64,000 nucleotides of DNA, taken from the IMG/VR virus record IMGVR_UViG_3300033149_001257, positions 46,458 to 110,457 of that record. One strand, 5' to 3'. Origin of the DNA: a virus. The notes beneath the pieces were generated by a model, which worked only from the letters and a program-made list of their open reading frames with translations, had not been told where the DNA came from and made no database searches. The first letter of the stretch is position 1; every line of letters starts with the position of its first letter. Shown in pieces: positions 21,468 to 30,446 of this stretch. A program made the position numbers and the translations under genes.

Positions 21468-21947
21468 TTAGACCTCGGTATAGTGATTATACTCTAAAGT
21501 TATTGTATGTAAATTCTGGAAAAAACTATCATCTCCTGGCATTATTTCTACTCCTGCGGATATATCAAACTTCTTTATTCCGTCTGTTCCAAATGCGGAC
21601 CTGTATGTATTGGCAAACTTATTTAATTCCAATGAAATCAAATCTCTCTTCTTTTCTCCACCAGAACCTCTTGTCGTTGTTACTATTATGTTATAGCTCA
21701 GAGTGTATCGTATACCCTTCTGTTCGTTACCTGCCCCATTCTTACCCTGTGTCCTCTGTCCACCAATAGCATCGGGTAATTGGTCAATCACAAAGAATCT
21801 TATCACCGGTTTCGTGAGAGTCGTGGGTATTTTCTTTCTGCGATAGATTATATTACAATCAATCGACCCTGTAAAATATACCCTCATGCGCGCGGCAATG
21901 TTGGTCTTTATGCTATTATAGAAATTGTCATTATTAACTACTGACAT
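21468..21947 (-). CDS. Tail terminator / completion protein
   Basis: Size, position and P-I-hydrophobic pattern. Confidence 0.5.
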   Translation of the reverse strand: MSVVNNDNFYNSIKTNIAARMRVYFTGSIDCNIIYRRKKIPTTLTKPVIRFFVIDQLPDAIGGQRTQGKNGAGNEQKGIRYTLSYNIIVTTTRGSGGEKKRDLISLELNKFANTYRSAFGTDGIKKFDISAGVEIMPGDDSFFQNLHTITLEYNHYTEV

Positions 21948-22426
21948 TATCCTCTCCTCATTGTTCGTCTTATTGCTGATTTTACTGTGTTATTATATTC
22001 TGATGGAATCACGCTTCCAAAATATATCTTCCATAATGGCAACCAGTTTCGTGCGCCCACTATTTGCCCTACCGAACCTGTTCCTGCAAGAACATCTTTA
22101 CTGTACGTATTATGAACATCATAATAGCGACTATCCCCGGAACCTCTTTGCCCTGGTGTCATTGATGGGTCGCAGAATATTATCATGTTTGTGTTCCCCA
22201 CATGCACGGCCGTTGCCTTGGCACTGTTCAGGAGTTTATATGTCCTGGTATACGCATATGGTTTATATGTATCATAAACAACCTGCTTAACTATTTCTTT
22301 GGCCTTCGTGGTGAATCTCTTTTCATTTGCCTTAAAATACACCTTACCGCCTGTCCTTACAGATGCAGGTAGGTTCTTTAGGTTGCGCTTTATTCGTTTT
22401 AATCCATGTACCTTAATCTTAATCAT
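21947..22426 (-). CDS. HK97 gp10-like neck protein
   Basis: IKVHGLKRI N-terminus, VY..Y.P..Y.RT..L..S and ARNW motifs. Confidence 0.65.
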   Translation of the reverse strand: MIKIKVHGLKRIKRNLKNLPASVRTGGKVYFKANEKRFTTKAKEIVKQVVYDTYKPYAYTRTYKLLNSAKATAVHVGNTNMIIFCDPSMTPGQRGSGDSRYYDVHNTYSKDVLAGTGSVGQIVGARNWLPLWKIYFGSVIPSEYNNTVKSAIRRTMRRG

Positions 22427-22427
22427 A

Positions 22428-22934
22428 TCACCACGTTATCCCATCTTCGGTACCATCTGCTCCGGTATCGCTTACCGGTTCAGCAACCGCTTTTTCTTTT
22501 CTCTTGCAGGGAATAGCCTGGCTCATCTGGCTTATCCCCAGTGGAACAGTCGTTTGTTCTGCAATGGCCGGATCGGTATTTATCGGGTACCATTTAATAT
22601 CTCTGTATGTGAAATACCATCTTTTTTCATGGGCATCCAAAAGCGCTCCTATATCAGTACTCCTATTAATAAAGAATATGCAATCACCTACCGTTACCGC
22701 ACCTGTATTGATGAGAAGTTTATCATACATGGTCACTATTTTAAGAATAGCTTTTAATGATGCGCTACCCCATGTTCCAACCCCACCATCATAAGCCCCT
22801 TCATCGGGCTCCCATGTGCCCGTATGGCTTGCCAGATAATGCAGCGTTATTTCCGTTGCTTCAGGAGAATCCAGAAGAACAGCAAAATCTGTTTTCATCC
22901 TGGCTATCCCGCGATTGTTTATGAAACCTTTCAT
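22428..22934 (-). CDS. Head closure / head-tail joining protein
   Basis: G..T.GD.IFF motif; size and position. Confidence 0.5.
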   Translation of the reverse strand: MKGFINNRGIARMKTDFAVLLDSPEATEITLHYLASHTGTWEPDEGAYDGGVGTWGSASLKAILKIVTMYDKLLINTGAVTVGDCIFFINRSTDIGALLDAHEKRWYFTYRDIKWYPINTDPAIAEQTTVPLGISQMSQAIPCKRKEKAVAEPVSDTGADGTEDGITW

Positions 22935-22943
22935 TCGTCCTCC

Positions 22944-23872
22944 TCAATGCTTGGGGTACTTACTTTTCTTCTTTCCTTTGCCATCGACCTGTTTCCTTGC
23001 GCTCGCTATCTTATCATCAGATTTCGCAAGATAATATCTCTCTATCGCAGACTTTACTTCAAGAAACGCCACCATTTCAGCCTTATCTTCCCTACTTAAT
23101 CTATCAAACTCCGATGGGGTCTTTCCCCATTCCATTGCGGTGTTGAGTTCCTGATAGCGAAAGTTGATTTTTATTCCGTCTTTATCTTCCTTAACATTTA
23201 ATAAGAAATCTTTTAATTTCTTATCCGCTATCAGGTTGTTACGAAAGGGTTTACTAGCCCCCCGTATCCTGTTAATTCAAAGATAATGTAATTGTAAAGC
23301 CTTTCAACATCGCCCGCCGGTATCTTTTTGCCTAAATTGGTCCATCTCTCTTGCCAGTCCTTACCTGGTATCTTTATCTGCGGCATACTCTTTTCAAGCA
23401 CGAGCAATTTTTCTTTTCTGGTCATTAATGTCTTTTTCTTGATATATTCAGGGTCGTTAATATCATCCTCATATTGAACGAGACCCCTACCGTCAACCAA
23501 AACCTTGTTGGTTATGGGGTTTCTCTTCTCTTTTTTAGGAACCTTTACGTCACACTGCCTATTTATATCCTCTGTCATTTCGTGCGATAGTGGTCTGCAT
23601 TCAAATACCACCCCACCACCACCCGACCTCAAGAATGTGGTTTTGTATACTTCCTCTTTATTCCAATCATCAAAGCTGTTTATTGTCCTTAATTCTTTCT
23701 TGCCGCTGGTCTTCCCTTCTGGAATACCAAGTTCAGCCTTAATCTCCGCAGTGAGTTCTTCTTTGAACTCATCTTTTACCATTTCAACCACTTCTCCAAC
23801 AACCTGTTTTGCGGTTTCTTCTTTTACTCCGGAATCCGTAAGCAGTTTTTCTACAACTTCTCTTTTTGCCAT
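22944..23872 (-). CDS. Tail assembly chaperone, -1 frameshift-extended form (gpGT-like)
   Basis: Slippery CCCTTTC at 23249-23243. The -1 frame is open without stops into MEWGKTPSEFDRLSREDKAEMVAF. Confidence 0.8.
23150..23249 (-). promoter_or_regulatory. Programmed -1 frameshift signal (slippery heptamer plus stimulatory stem)
   Basis: C CCT TTC heptamer, 7-nt spacer, then a perfect 10-bp stem CCTGATAGCG/CGCTATCAGG (23235-23226 with 23159-23150). Confidence 0.8.
23231..23872 (-). CDS. Tail assembly chaperone (gpG-like)
   Basis: Follows tail tube genes; ends at the frameshift site. Confidence 0.75.
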   Translation of the reverse strand: MAKREVVEKLLTDSGVKEETAKQVVGEVVEMVKDEFKEELTAEIKAELGIPEGKTSGKKELRTINSFDDWNKEEVYKTTFLRSGGGGVVFECRPLSHEMTEDINRQCDVKVPKKEKRNPITNKVLVDGRGLVQYEDDINDPEYIKKKTLMTRKEKLLVLEKSMPQIKIPGKDWQERWTNLGKKIPAGDVERLYNYIIFELTGYGGLVNPFVTT

Positions 23873-23887
23873 TTTTTACTTCCTCCT

Positions 23888-24310
23888 TTAGCTAATTTTG
23901 CCCGGCTTGAATCTTGCTGTTACTCTGACCGTATCGTTATCTCTGAATAATACCTGCCACATCGTGTTCTTGCAATCCTCAAGGGTATATATATCTTCCT
24001 GCGCGGTTGTTAAATTCTCAAATGTTACCACTATCTCATACTTCTTTGTTCTATCGGTAGCATTAAATTCCAGGTCCTTGCTATAATAGAAATTCCCCAT
24101 ACTGAAATCGTAGGATTGCGTTTCGTCTTGAATGTCTATGTCATCTGTGCCGTACTGGTATTCTTCTGTGGTGGTAAGTGATTTGAGTAGTGATACGTCC
24201 TGGGTGTACTTACATGTGAAGAGTAGGGTAGTAGAGGATCCATAATCGCCCACTACTACCTCATATATAGAAACACTGGCTTCATTGGCTGTGAAGACTT
24301 CTTCTGTCAT
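23888..24310 (-). CDS. Tail-tube-like protein
   Basis: Acidic beta-rich 140 aa protein between the tail tube and chaperone genes. Confidence 0.5.
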   Translation of the reverse strand: MTEEVFTANEASVSIYEVVVGDYGSSTTLLFTCKYTQDVSLLKSLTTTEEYQYGTDDIDIQDETQSYDFSMGNFYYSKDLEFNATDRTKKYEIVVTFENLTTAQEDIYTLEDCKNTMWQVLFRDNDTVRVTARFKPGKIS

Positions 24311-24383
24311 GATATGCCTCCGCTATGGATTTTTTATGCGCCGTGCCTAACCGTATGCCGTATGCCGTTTCCGAAAGCCTAGT

Positions 24384-25130
24384 TTACGCTATACACATCA
24401 GCGTGTTGTACATCCCTGTACCTGATACTGCTCCATCGGAGTTATCAGAGAAATCTACAGGAGCTGATTGTATACGTGTTTTATTGAAATAATATGTTTC
24501 TGTGGCAGTTGACCCGCCATCGTCTTTAATCTCAACCTTTAAGAGTATGTTTCTATCCCTTACCCACGTGAGTCCTGCAGTAAAGGCCTGGTACAGTTTA
24601 TTGATATTAATTGAGGTTTCACCACGTGCCCTTTTCCAATGATCCGCAACTTCATACTTGTTGGCTATTGCCCTGGATGTGGTTCCTTCATCATATGTAA
24701 ATCCAGTATCATATCCTATGGTTCCACCAAGCGCATTGTCCCAGTATGAAGCAGGTGGAATAGAAATAAGTTCTACCTTCTCTCCGGCCGCTCCACCAGT
24801 GAATGTCACGGAAGTTACATCAGTATATGTTTCAATGGCAGCATATGAATCGGTAATCACAACACCTGACCCTTCCTGGCTTCTCGCATCCAGTGTGACT
24901 GTTCCTGACGTTCCTGTTCCGGTTACTGTTAATACCACGGCCGCAGAACCTACTGCGTTTTCTTTCACCCTGGCATATATCGGAGTTCCACCAGCAAATA
25001 TAGCAGTATCTGCCGTATATGTTCCAGCTCCTGAACCGGTGATTACTAACTCGCCCACCACAATCCAGTCCGTAAAGCTATACGACAGCTCCACTTCCAA
25101 TTGGTTTTTTACTGTTAATGTTCTTGCCAT
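24384..25130 (-). CDS. Major tail (tube) protein
   Basis: T/G/S-rich beta protein; position. Confidence 0.6.
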   Translation of the reverse strand: MARTLTVKNQLEVELSYSFTDWIVVGELVITGSGAGTYTADTAIFAGGTPIYARVKENAVGSAAVVLTVTGTGTSGTVTLDARSQEGSGVVITDSYAAIETYTDVTSVTFTGGAAGEKVELISIPPASYWDNALGGTIGYDTGFTYDEGTTSRAIANKYEVADHWKRARGETSININKLYQAFTAGLTWVRDRNILLKVEIKDDGGSTATETYYFNKTRIQSAPVDFSDNSDGAVSGTGMYNTLMCIA

Positions 25131-25416
25131 CGTTACCCTCCCTCTTGAATTTTTTAATCAAATCCTTGCGGATTATTATATCTCCATCGTCTATGGCGTT
25201 CATAATTTTAGTATAATTTCCTACCGCTTGCCGGCTGGGGCCTATAATCCTTTTATTCTTTATTTCCTTCTGGCCCTTGGCAAGACTATCGTCACCTAAA
25301 ACCATATCTATCATATCCATCCCATCGCATACTTTACGTAGACAATATAAGAAATATGCTTTCAGTTCCTTGGTTTCAACCTCATCAGCTTGTATAAAAT
25401 CTTTAGGCGTTCGCAT
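25078..25416 (-). CDS. Hypothetical protein
   Basis: Overlapping operon arrangement. Confidence 0.5.
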   Translation of the reverse strand: MRTPKDFIQADEVETKELKAYFLYCLRKVCDGMDMIDMVLGDDSLAKGQKEIKNKRIIGPSRQAVGNYTKIMNAIDDGDIIIRKDLIKKFKREGNDGKNINSKKPIGSGAVV

Positions 25417-25855
25417 CGATTATCTCCTCAACTCTATCGGCCATAGTTAAGTACTGGTCAACCGAACCGTCAGATGTTATGGGAACATTTCCACCGGCGG
25501 CAAGTTTCTGCAGAGCATCCTCTATGGCTGTAAGTAAATCTTCCTTAGTGGTATCTCCGCTCCGGTCAATACTTAGCACCACCGTTCTGTAGCTAAATGT
25601 CGGCTCAGGAGCCAATATCATCTTGGCTGCTTTTAATGATAATTCTTTCGTCTTATCATTATCCGCCGTAATGTCCGGCGTTATCTCGGTCACACCGGAC
25701 ACTTTACTGTATCCTGAAACACTATCAAAGAGCAATACTTGCGTTATCGAGGCATCCAATATGTTGTTAGAATAATCATATACACCGTCCGTGCCCCAAT
25801 CTCCTAACCATGTGCGTATGTAGTCATACACTGTGCTGTAAGCAATATCCGCCAT
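25403..25855 (-). CDS. Head-tail adaptor-like protein
   Basis: IR..LGD......Y....L motif typical of gp6/gp15-like connectors. Confidence 0.55.
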   Translation of the reverse strand: MADIAYSTVYDYIRTWLGDWGTDGVYDYSNNILDASITQVLLFDSVSGYSKVSGVTEITPDITADNDKTKELSLKAAKMILAPEPTFSYRTVVLSIDRSGDTTKEDLLTAIEDALQKLAAGGNVPITSDGSVDQYLTMADRVEEIIDANA

Positions 25856-25867
25856 GGCTCTATCTCC

Positions 25868-26113
25868 TTACATTATTTTAATGCTACCGGTTTCAATGGT
25901 GGCTTTCTTGAAAATCTTTATCGCTCCTTTTGAAACCAGGTGGTCTACTTCTTTTTTGTACTTACTGGCAACCTCTACCACACCGTCCTCTATTGAGATA
26001 ATCTTGCTGCCTATTGAAACGATGTGGCCATCATCTGCCTTCGCCTTTTTTTTAACCTGAATGAAAAATGTCTCATCCACGTTTGTAGCGTTCTTCTCGG
26101 TTTCCGGTGCCAT
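25868..26113 (-). CDS. Hypothetical protein after major capsid
   Basis: AAGGAGG RBS. Confidence 0.55.
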   Translation of the reverse strand: MAPETEKNATNVDETFFIQVKKKAKADDGHIVSIGSKIISIEDGVVEVASKYKKEVDHLVSKGAIKIFKKATIETGSIKIM

Positions 26114-26162
26114 TTGCTTATCCTCCTTTTATTTTACCAACATCAACATCTACGAGTTAGTA

Positions 26163-26240
26163 TTGGCACTCTCCATGTGGGGATTCTCAGGACTAAGCCT
26201 GAAGGCTCTGCCCGAGCCCTGTGTGCTTATTGCCACATTA
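26163..26240 (-). ncRNA. Stand-alone TnpB omegaRNA scaffold copy 3 (putative guide from 26162 downward: UACUAACUCGUAGAUGUUGA)
   Basis: Homologous to the tnpB 3' end/right end; 21-nt identity with copy 2; ends GAGAGTGCCAA; begins at the capsid stop codon. Confidence 0.75.
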
Positions 26241-27305
26241 CGAATTAGTGATAACCCGTATTGTGTTTTTCCTATAAGGGGCCGGTATCAGAAGATGTAA
26301 ACATTTCGTTATCTGCACGGCTTCCTTGTGGTCAGAACCATCAAATACCTTCATCATTATCTCGTTGAAGTGCATTGTTTTATCCTGACTCGGTTTCTTC
26401 GAATATTTACCAACCGGCTGATCTGAGAAACAATACATCCTGTTTACTTCCAGGGTATTGTCAACTATCCAGGTCACGTTGTATCCAAAGAGGTTGTTTA
26501 CAACACCATTCTGCATAATAAGCTGCTGCGTTGCTAAAGGAACCTCGCTGTTGTATCCACCCGGTGAACCGGCGGCATTATATACAGGCACCCAATCCCA
26601 TATCTCAGGAAGTGTCGTAGGTGACAGATATATTTTGTTGATCTTTATACCAAGCCTCAATGAAAGCGCAAACAGAGACTTCATGGTATTTATGGTTATC
26701 CCACCCTGCGCAGAAGCGTCAATCGAGTTGGTTGTCGGGAAAGAAACCACGTCGGAATCCGTATTGAATGTTCCTGTCGGGAACGTACCATATATGGACT
26801 TAATGAGTGTCCATATGTCCTGGTTTATCTTACTGGCAACATTCTTCGATGCCCTCTTGTTGACCCTATCGGAAACCTTGAGCCGACCAGTTACGGCACT
26901 CGCTGTAGGATAATCAATGAGGTCGGATGATACATAATATGGCTTATATGCCGTCACGCCATCTTCGTTAGTAAACGAATCTTTCGGCGCGCCACCGAGC
27001 TGAGATATTTCCTTAACCTCGTATTTCTGATTCTTCTCGGTATAGACTTCCGGCCACTGGTCATCCTTCAAAGTCTCCGTCTCAAATAACTGTGATGCCA
27101 GAATATCAGCATCGATGTCAACATTTATTCTCGTCTGCCTACCAGCAGCAAACTCTATGGCCGCTGCCGGACTTGAGGCTGATGCCATGAGCATCTTTTC
27201 CCTCTCACTGTCGGGCTTCCTTGCGGCATCCAGCGCCTTATCTTCGGCTTCGATTCTCGCCCTGTTGGCGGGTAACATTAAATCCAGTTTCTCTCTCGCA
27301 ATCAT
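26238..27305 (-). CDS. Major capsid protein (HK97 fold likely)
   Basis: 355 aa; follows scaffold and decoration genes; strong AAGGAGG RBS. Confidence 0.75.
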   Translation of the reverse strand: MIAREKLDLMLPANRARIEAEDKALDAARKPDSEREKMLMASASSPAAAIEFAAGRQTRINVDIDADILASQLFETETLKDDQWPEVYTEKNQKYEVKEISQLGGAPKDSFTNEDGVTAYKPYYVSSDLIDYPTASAVTGRLKVSDRVNKRASKNVASKINQDIWTLIKSIYGTFPTGTFNTDSDVVSFPTTNSIDASAQGGITINTMKSLFALSLRLGIKINKIYLSPTTLPEIWDWVPVYNAAGSPGGYNSEVPLATQQLIMQNGVVNNLFGYNVTWIVDNTLEVNRMYCFSDQPVGKYSKKPSQDKTMHFNEIMMKVFDGSDHKEAVQITKCLHLLIPAPYRKNTIRVITNS

Positions 27306-27380
27306 TTTACATTCCTCCTTCTTTCAAGATTTTTTTCTTTCTTTTTTTACGCAATTACTGTATATCTATTTCAACTTCGT

Positions 27381-27842
27381 TTACGAATACACTTCTATAT
27401 GATACTCTCCTGACGTACCATCCCACAATCCTACAAGCCTACCCTTGATGTCATATGTGCCCTGGGACACACGCCATAATCCATTATATACTTCAAGGTC
27501 AGCATCGTGCGCTGTGCTATCAGAAATCGCGCCTACTGCACCATACGCAGCAACCAGGCTGGTTACTATGTATCCACCACCACTGGCTACGGTTACGGGG
27601 CTACCTATCACAACGTCCGTATTGGGAACATTGTTCAGCATCTCAATATGGGAAATCCCTGTAGCTGTTACGTTCTGAATCAGGGGCCCAATAAACTTAC
27701 TCGTTGCAAGTTCAAGCGTGCCAGGCGCACTCGCGCTGACCTGTGTGCCTGAAGCAACATCAACGAAATATCCCCTTGTCATTGCTACGCTAGTAAGAAA
27801 CCATCCCGTCTTTTCTCTGAAACCTTTCACGATTTTGAACAT
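27381..27842 (-). CDS. Capsid decoration / cement protein
   Basis: Beta-tulip-like G/V/T-rich 153 aa protein directly upstream of the MCP. Confidence 0.6.
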   Translation of the reverse strand: MFKIVKGFREKTGWFLTSVAMTRGYFVDVASGTQVSASAPGTLELATSKFIGPLIQNVTATGISHIEMLNNVPNTDVVIGSPVTVASGGGYIVTSLVAAYGAVGAISDSTAHDADLEVYNGLWRVSQGTYDIKGRLVGLWDGTSGEYHIEVYS

Positions 27843-27904
27843 TTTGAAATCCTCCTTTTAGAGATTTTTATTTTTACTTAATGTCCGTTCTTGTTCTTAA
27901 CTAC

Positions 27905-29974
27905 TTAAAACGCACCTTCTACATTAGAAACAATGCCTGTTGAAGCAACTGCCTGGACTGAGGGTTTGAGTGTTTCTTTGCCCTTAGTATCGGTCGTGCT
28001 TGCTGTTGCTTTGGTGGCCGTGGCTTTCAGATCCTCTTTCCATGCCACAAACTCTTTTTCGCCAACTTCGTCAAAACCAAACCTGCCCATCTGCTCTTTC
28101 TTATACTCAGAAAGCTCAATACCGGAATCCTTTATATCTTTATCACGAGCTGCTACTTTCGTGGCTATCTCAGCCTGTTCAGTCCTGTCAGTTTCAACCG
28201 CTGCCTTAATTCCCACCTTGACGGCTTCGGCAATCTCGGTCTTGACTGTTTCGGCATCTTTGTAATCTTTAAACTTATCAGTCATTTCAGTTTCTTTCTC
28301 AGAAACCGCGCTTCCAGCAACTTCCTGCATTGCCGATACTATCGCAGTGGCTGCCAGCGTTACCTGGTCCCCTGTCAAATCAAACGTCTTAAACAAACTT
28401 GCTACACTTTCCGGCATCTTCAGTGTCGTTAAGTCCATGTCATTTCCTCCTTTTACTAAATTTTTTATTTCATTTATGTGCGAAACCATTTGCCCCATCG
28501 TCATGCTACCCGTGTCTATGCTCATTTCGTTAAGCCTTATATCTTTCATGCTTTTCTTTGCCGATACTTCCAATGTCCTCGATGCTGTACTCCTGAGCTC
28601 TTTCTTGCTGATTGATTTAGTCTTTGGCTCTATGTGGTCAGCCATGATTAAAGCGCTCCTTAAATGAGCCAAATCAATATGCCCTGCCCCATCTTTATAG
28701 GGAAGGTGCCTGGAATCCTTATCCTTGGATGCTCCACTTATATAGTCAGGCTCTATCGCTGCAAACGAGCTATCCGGTAGAGCGTCAATAAACGTCTTTG
28801 TCCATTTTTCAACAGTGTCTGTTTTTACAAACTCACTCGCTAATGAAAAATATCTCGGTGATTCAAACCCACCATCCTTTTCCTCTATTACTGAATATGA
28901 CGAATATACCCTTATCCCATCATCGTCATTACTGTCCATGTATGCACAAAAATCAAAAGTGTCAAACTTTACTTCCTTATCATTTATTTCTATTCTCGTA
29001 CCACCGGCAGTTTTATCAGTCTCTATCAGTATTCTTGTTTTCTTCATAGTGTCTCCTCCTGTAGATTTTTGTCCAGGGCCCGGTCTGTCGGCCCTTCTCA
29101 TCTGTCCCCCACAACTGCTGCATGTCTGGTCTTTGCAGTGACTCGTAGATGTCGCCTTTTTCCCACATTCAATACATTCACATTCGTATTTGGTAGCTCC
29201 TGATTCTACTTTATCTTCAACCTTCTTGCCATCCTTGTTCGTAAGAGAACCGTCGCTGGCTACGGCGAGATTTAAGGGCTCAAAACCATTTGCGTTGCGA
29301 TCAGCTGGTGAGAGCGTCAATGCCGCCCCAACAAAGACTACGTTGCCATTCTCGCCACCAAGTGCAAATTCCATTGGTTTATCTTTGTATGGTAGGCACC
29401 GGTCCTCAGAAAGACATTCCTTCATGTCGTCGGTGGCATCTTCATAGTTGATAAAATTGCCACCGAGGAAGAAAGCCGAGTCAGAATAAGAAAAAAGGCA
29501 CTCCATCGATGATTTATACTCGGCCAGCCCTGCATCGTACAACTCAAGAATGTCCCTCACCTTCTTTATTCTCTTGTATAGTACGCCATACATGGTTACG
29601 GGGACCGCCTCTGCCGGAACAGCCACATCTCCCGCATCTCCCATGCTAACATCAATTATATGCCCAAGTATGTCATTGTCGTCTTTTTTGGGATTGTTGG
29701 CATTATCCTCAATCCTGTGCTCAAGATTTACCATGTTATGCGGCACCGTATTAATTGAGTTGGACAACACCTTATATGAAAAACATCTGTTTTTTGAATT
29801 TGAAATAGGAAGAGAGTTGCATAAGATGAGCTTGAAAAACTGTAAAGATGAATTCGGCGTGAGCTTAACTCCCGATGCCAACGAAATCGGTTCTTTTATA
29901 AATGATACTTTGGCATCTCCAAGCGCAAATCTTTTTTTGTTTTCCAATTTTTTTTCTCCATAAAAAAAAGACAT
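27905..29974 (-). CDS. Prohead protease / scaffold protein with zinc-ribbon insertion
   Basis: NSKNRCF, VNLEH, ILGHI, SSMEC and VFVGAAL..SPAD motifs; CECIECG..C....CSSCGG insert; coiled-coil C-terminal scaffold. Start at ATG 29974 with AAGGAG 7 nt upstream. Confidence 0.8.
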   Translation of the reverse strand: MSFFYGEKKLENKKRFALGDAKVSFIKEPISLASGVKLTPNSSLQFFKLILCNSLPISNSKNRCFSYKVLSNSINTVPHNMVNLEHRIEDNANNPKKDDNDILGHIIDVSMGDAGDVAVPAEAVPVTMYGVLYKRIKKVRDILELYDAGLAEYKSSMECLFSYSDSAFFLGGNFINYEDATDDMKECLSEDRCLPYKDKPMEFALGGENGNVVFVGAALTLSPADRNANGFEPLNLAVASDGSLTNKDGKKVEDKVESGATKYECECIECGKKATSTSHCKDQTCSSCGGQMRRADRPGPGQKSTGGDTMKKTRILIETDKTAGGTRIEINDKEVKFDTFDFCAYMDSNDDDGIRVYSSYSVIEEKDGGFESPRYFSLASEFVKTDTVEKWTKTFIDALPDSSFAAIEPDYISGASKDKDSRHLPYKDGAGHIDLAHLRSALIMADHIEPKTKSISKKELRSTASRTLEVSAKKSMKDIRLNEMSIDTGSMTMGQMVSHINEIKNLVKGGNDMDLTTLKMPESVASLFKTFDLTGDQVTLAATAIVSAMQEVAGSAVSEKETEMTDKFKDYKDAETVKTEIAEAVKVGIKAAVETDRTEQAEIATKVAARDKDIKDSGIELSEYKKEQMGRFGFDEVGEKEFVAWKEDLKATATKATASTTDTKGKETLKPSVQAVASTGIVSNVEGAF

Positions 29975-30067
29975 TGACACTCTCCTTTAAGGAGATTCTC
30001 AGGTTGAGGATACGGAATCCTGAAGGCTCTGCCCGAGCCTTAAAATGTTTATCGCCACATTATGGTC
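29974..30067 (-). ncRNA. Stand-alone TnpB omegaRNA scaffold copy 2, forming the 5' UTR of the protease gene
   Basis: Encodes a relic DHNVAINILRLGQSLQ (TnpB C-terminus); has GGCTC/GAGCC, TCAGG/CCTGA and TCTCCT/AGGAGA stems; ends GAGAGTGTCAA. Confidence 0.8.
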
Positions 30068-30096
30068 ACAACCTAATTCAAAACCATAAAGTCAAT

Positions 30097-30147
30097 AAAA
30101 AAATGGCAATACACATTATCAGTTAATTTTGATAATACATATTGCCA
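30097..30147 (-). terminator. Intrinsic terminator
   Basis: 18-bp stem (three G.U pairs that work only on the minus strand) followed by a U7 run. Confidence 0.8.
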
Positions 30148-30211
30148 CTTCAAGTACATTGATGAGGGGGTTGCCCTCGGGCTTTTTCTGGTACTTCGCT
30201 GTCTGAGGGTA

Positions 30212-30240
30212 ATTATATCAGATATTTATTGTTTTGTCAA
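30212..30240 (-). promoter_or_regulatory. Consensus sigma70 promoter
   Basis: TTGACA-17-TATAAT. Confidence 0.85.
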
Positions 30241-30390
30241 GCATTTTGGAGAATTAGGTGGAAGTTATTTTTCGGATATTTTTTGAATTTCGCTTATTCT
30301 CGTCGCTGTTTGCTGTTTATGTTTTTAGTATTTTCAATTATGATTTCACTTAATCATTGAATCTGGCTTGTTTGTTTTATTGAAAATCCG

Positions 30391-30441
30391 CCCATTCATC
30401 CCCGCGGTTAAAATCGGAGGTTTTCTGGGATGTTTCTATAA
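30391..30441 (-). mobile_element. IS200/IS605 left-end hairpin with TTAT target motif
   Basis: TTAT|AGAAACATCCCAGAAAACCTCCGATTTTAACCGCGGGGATGAATGGG resembles the right-end palindrome of the adjacent element. Confidence 0.65.
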
Positions 30442-30446
30442 TAGTT

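Larger units (their letters stand above)
29974..30437 (-). mobile_element. Non-autonomous IS200/IS605 derivative (left end ... right end, no tnp genes)
   Basis: TTAT followed by a left-end-like hairpin at 30437-30391, and a right-end TCAA at 29977-29974. Confidence 0.6.

Noticed and set aside
29141-29154. 12-nt match (ACTCGTAGATGT) between the copy-3 guide and the protease gene
   Set aside because: It misses the TAM-proximal seed and has no TTAT at the right position. It is plausible by chance, though RNA-RNA pairing is not excluded.
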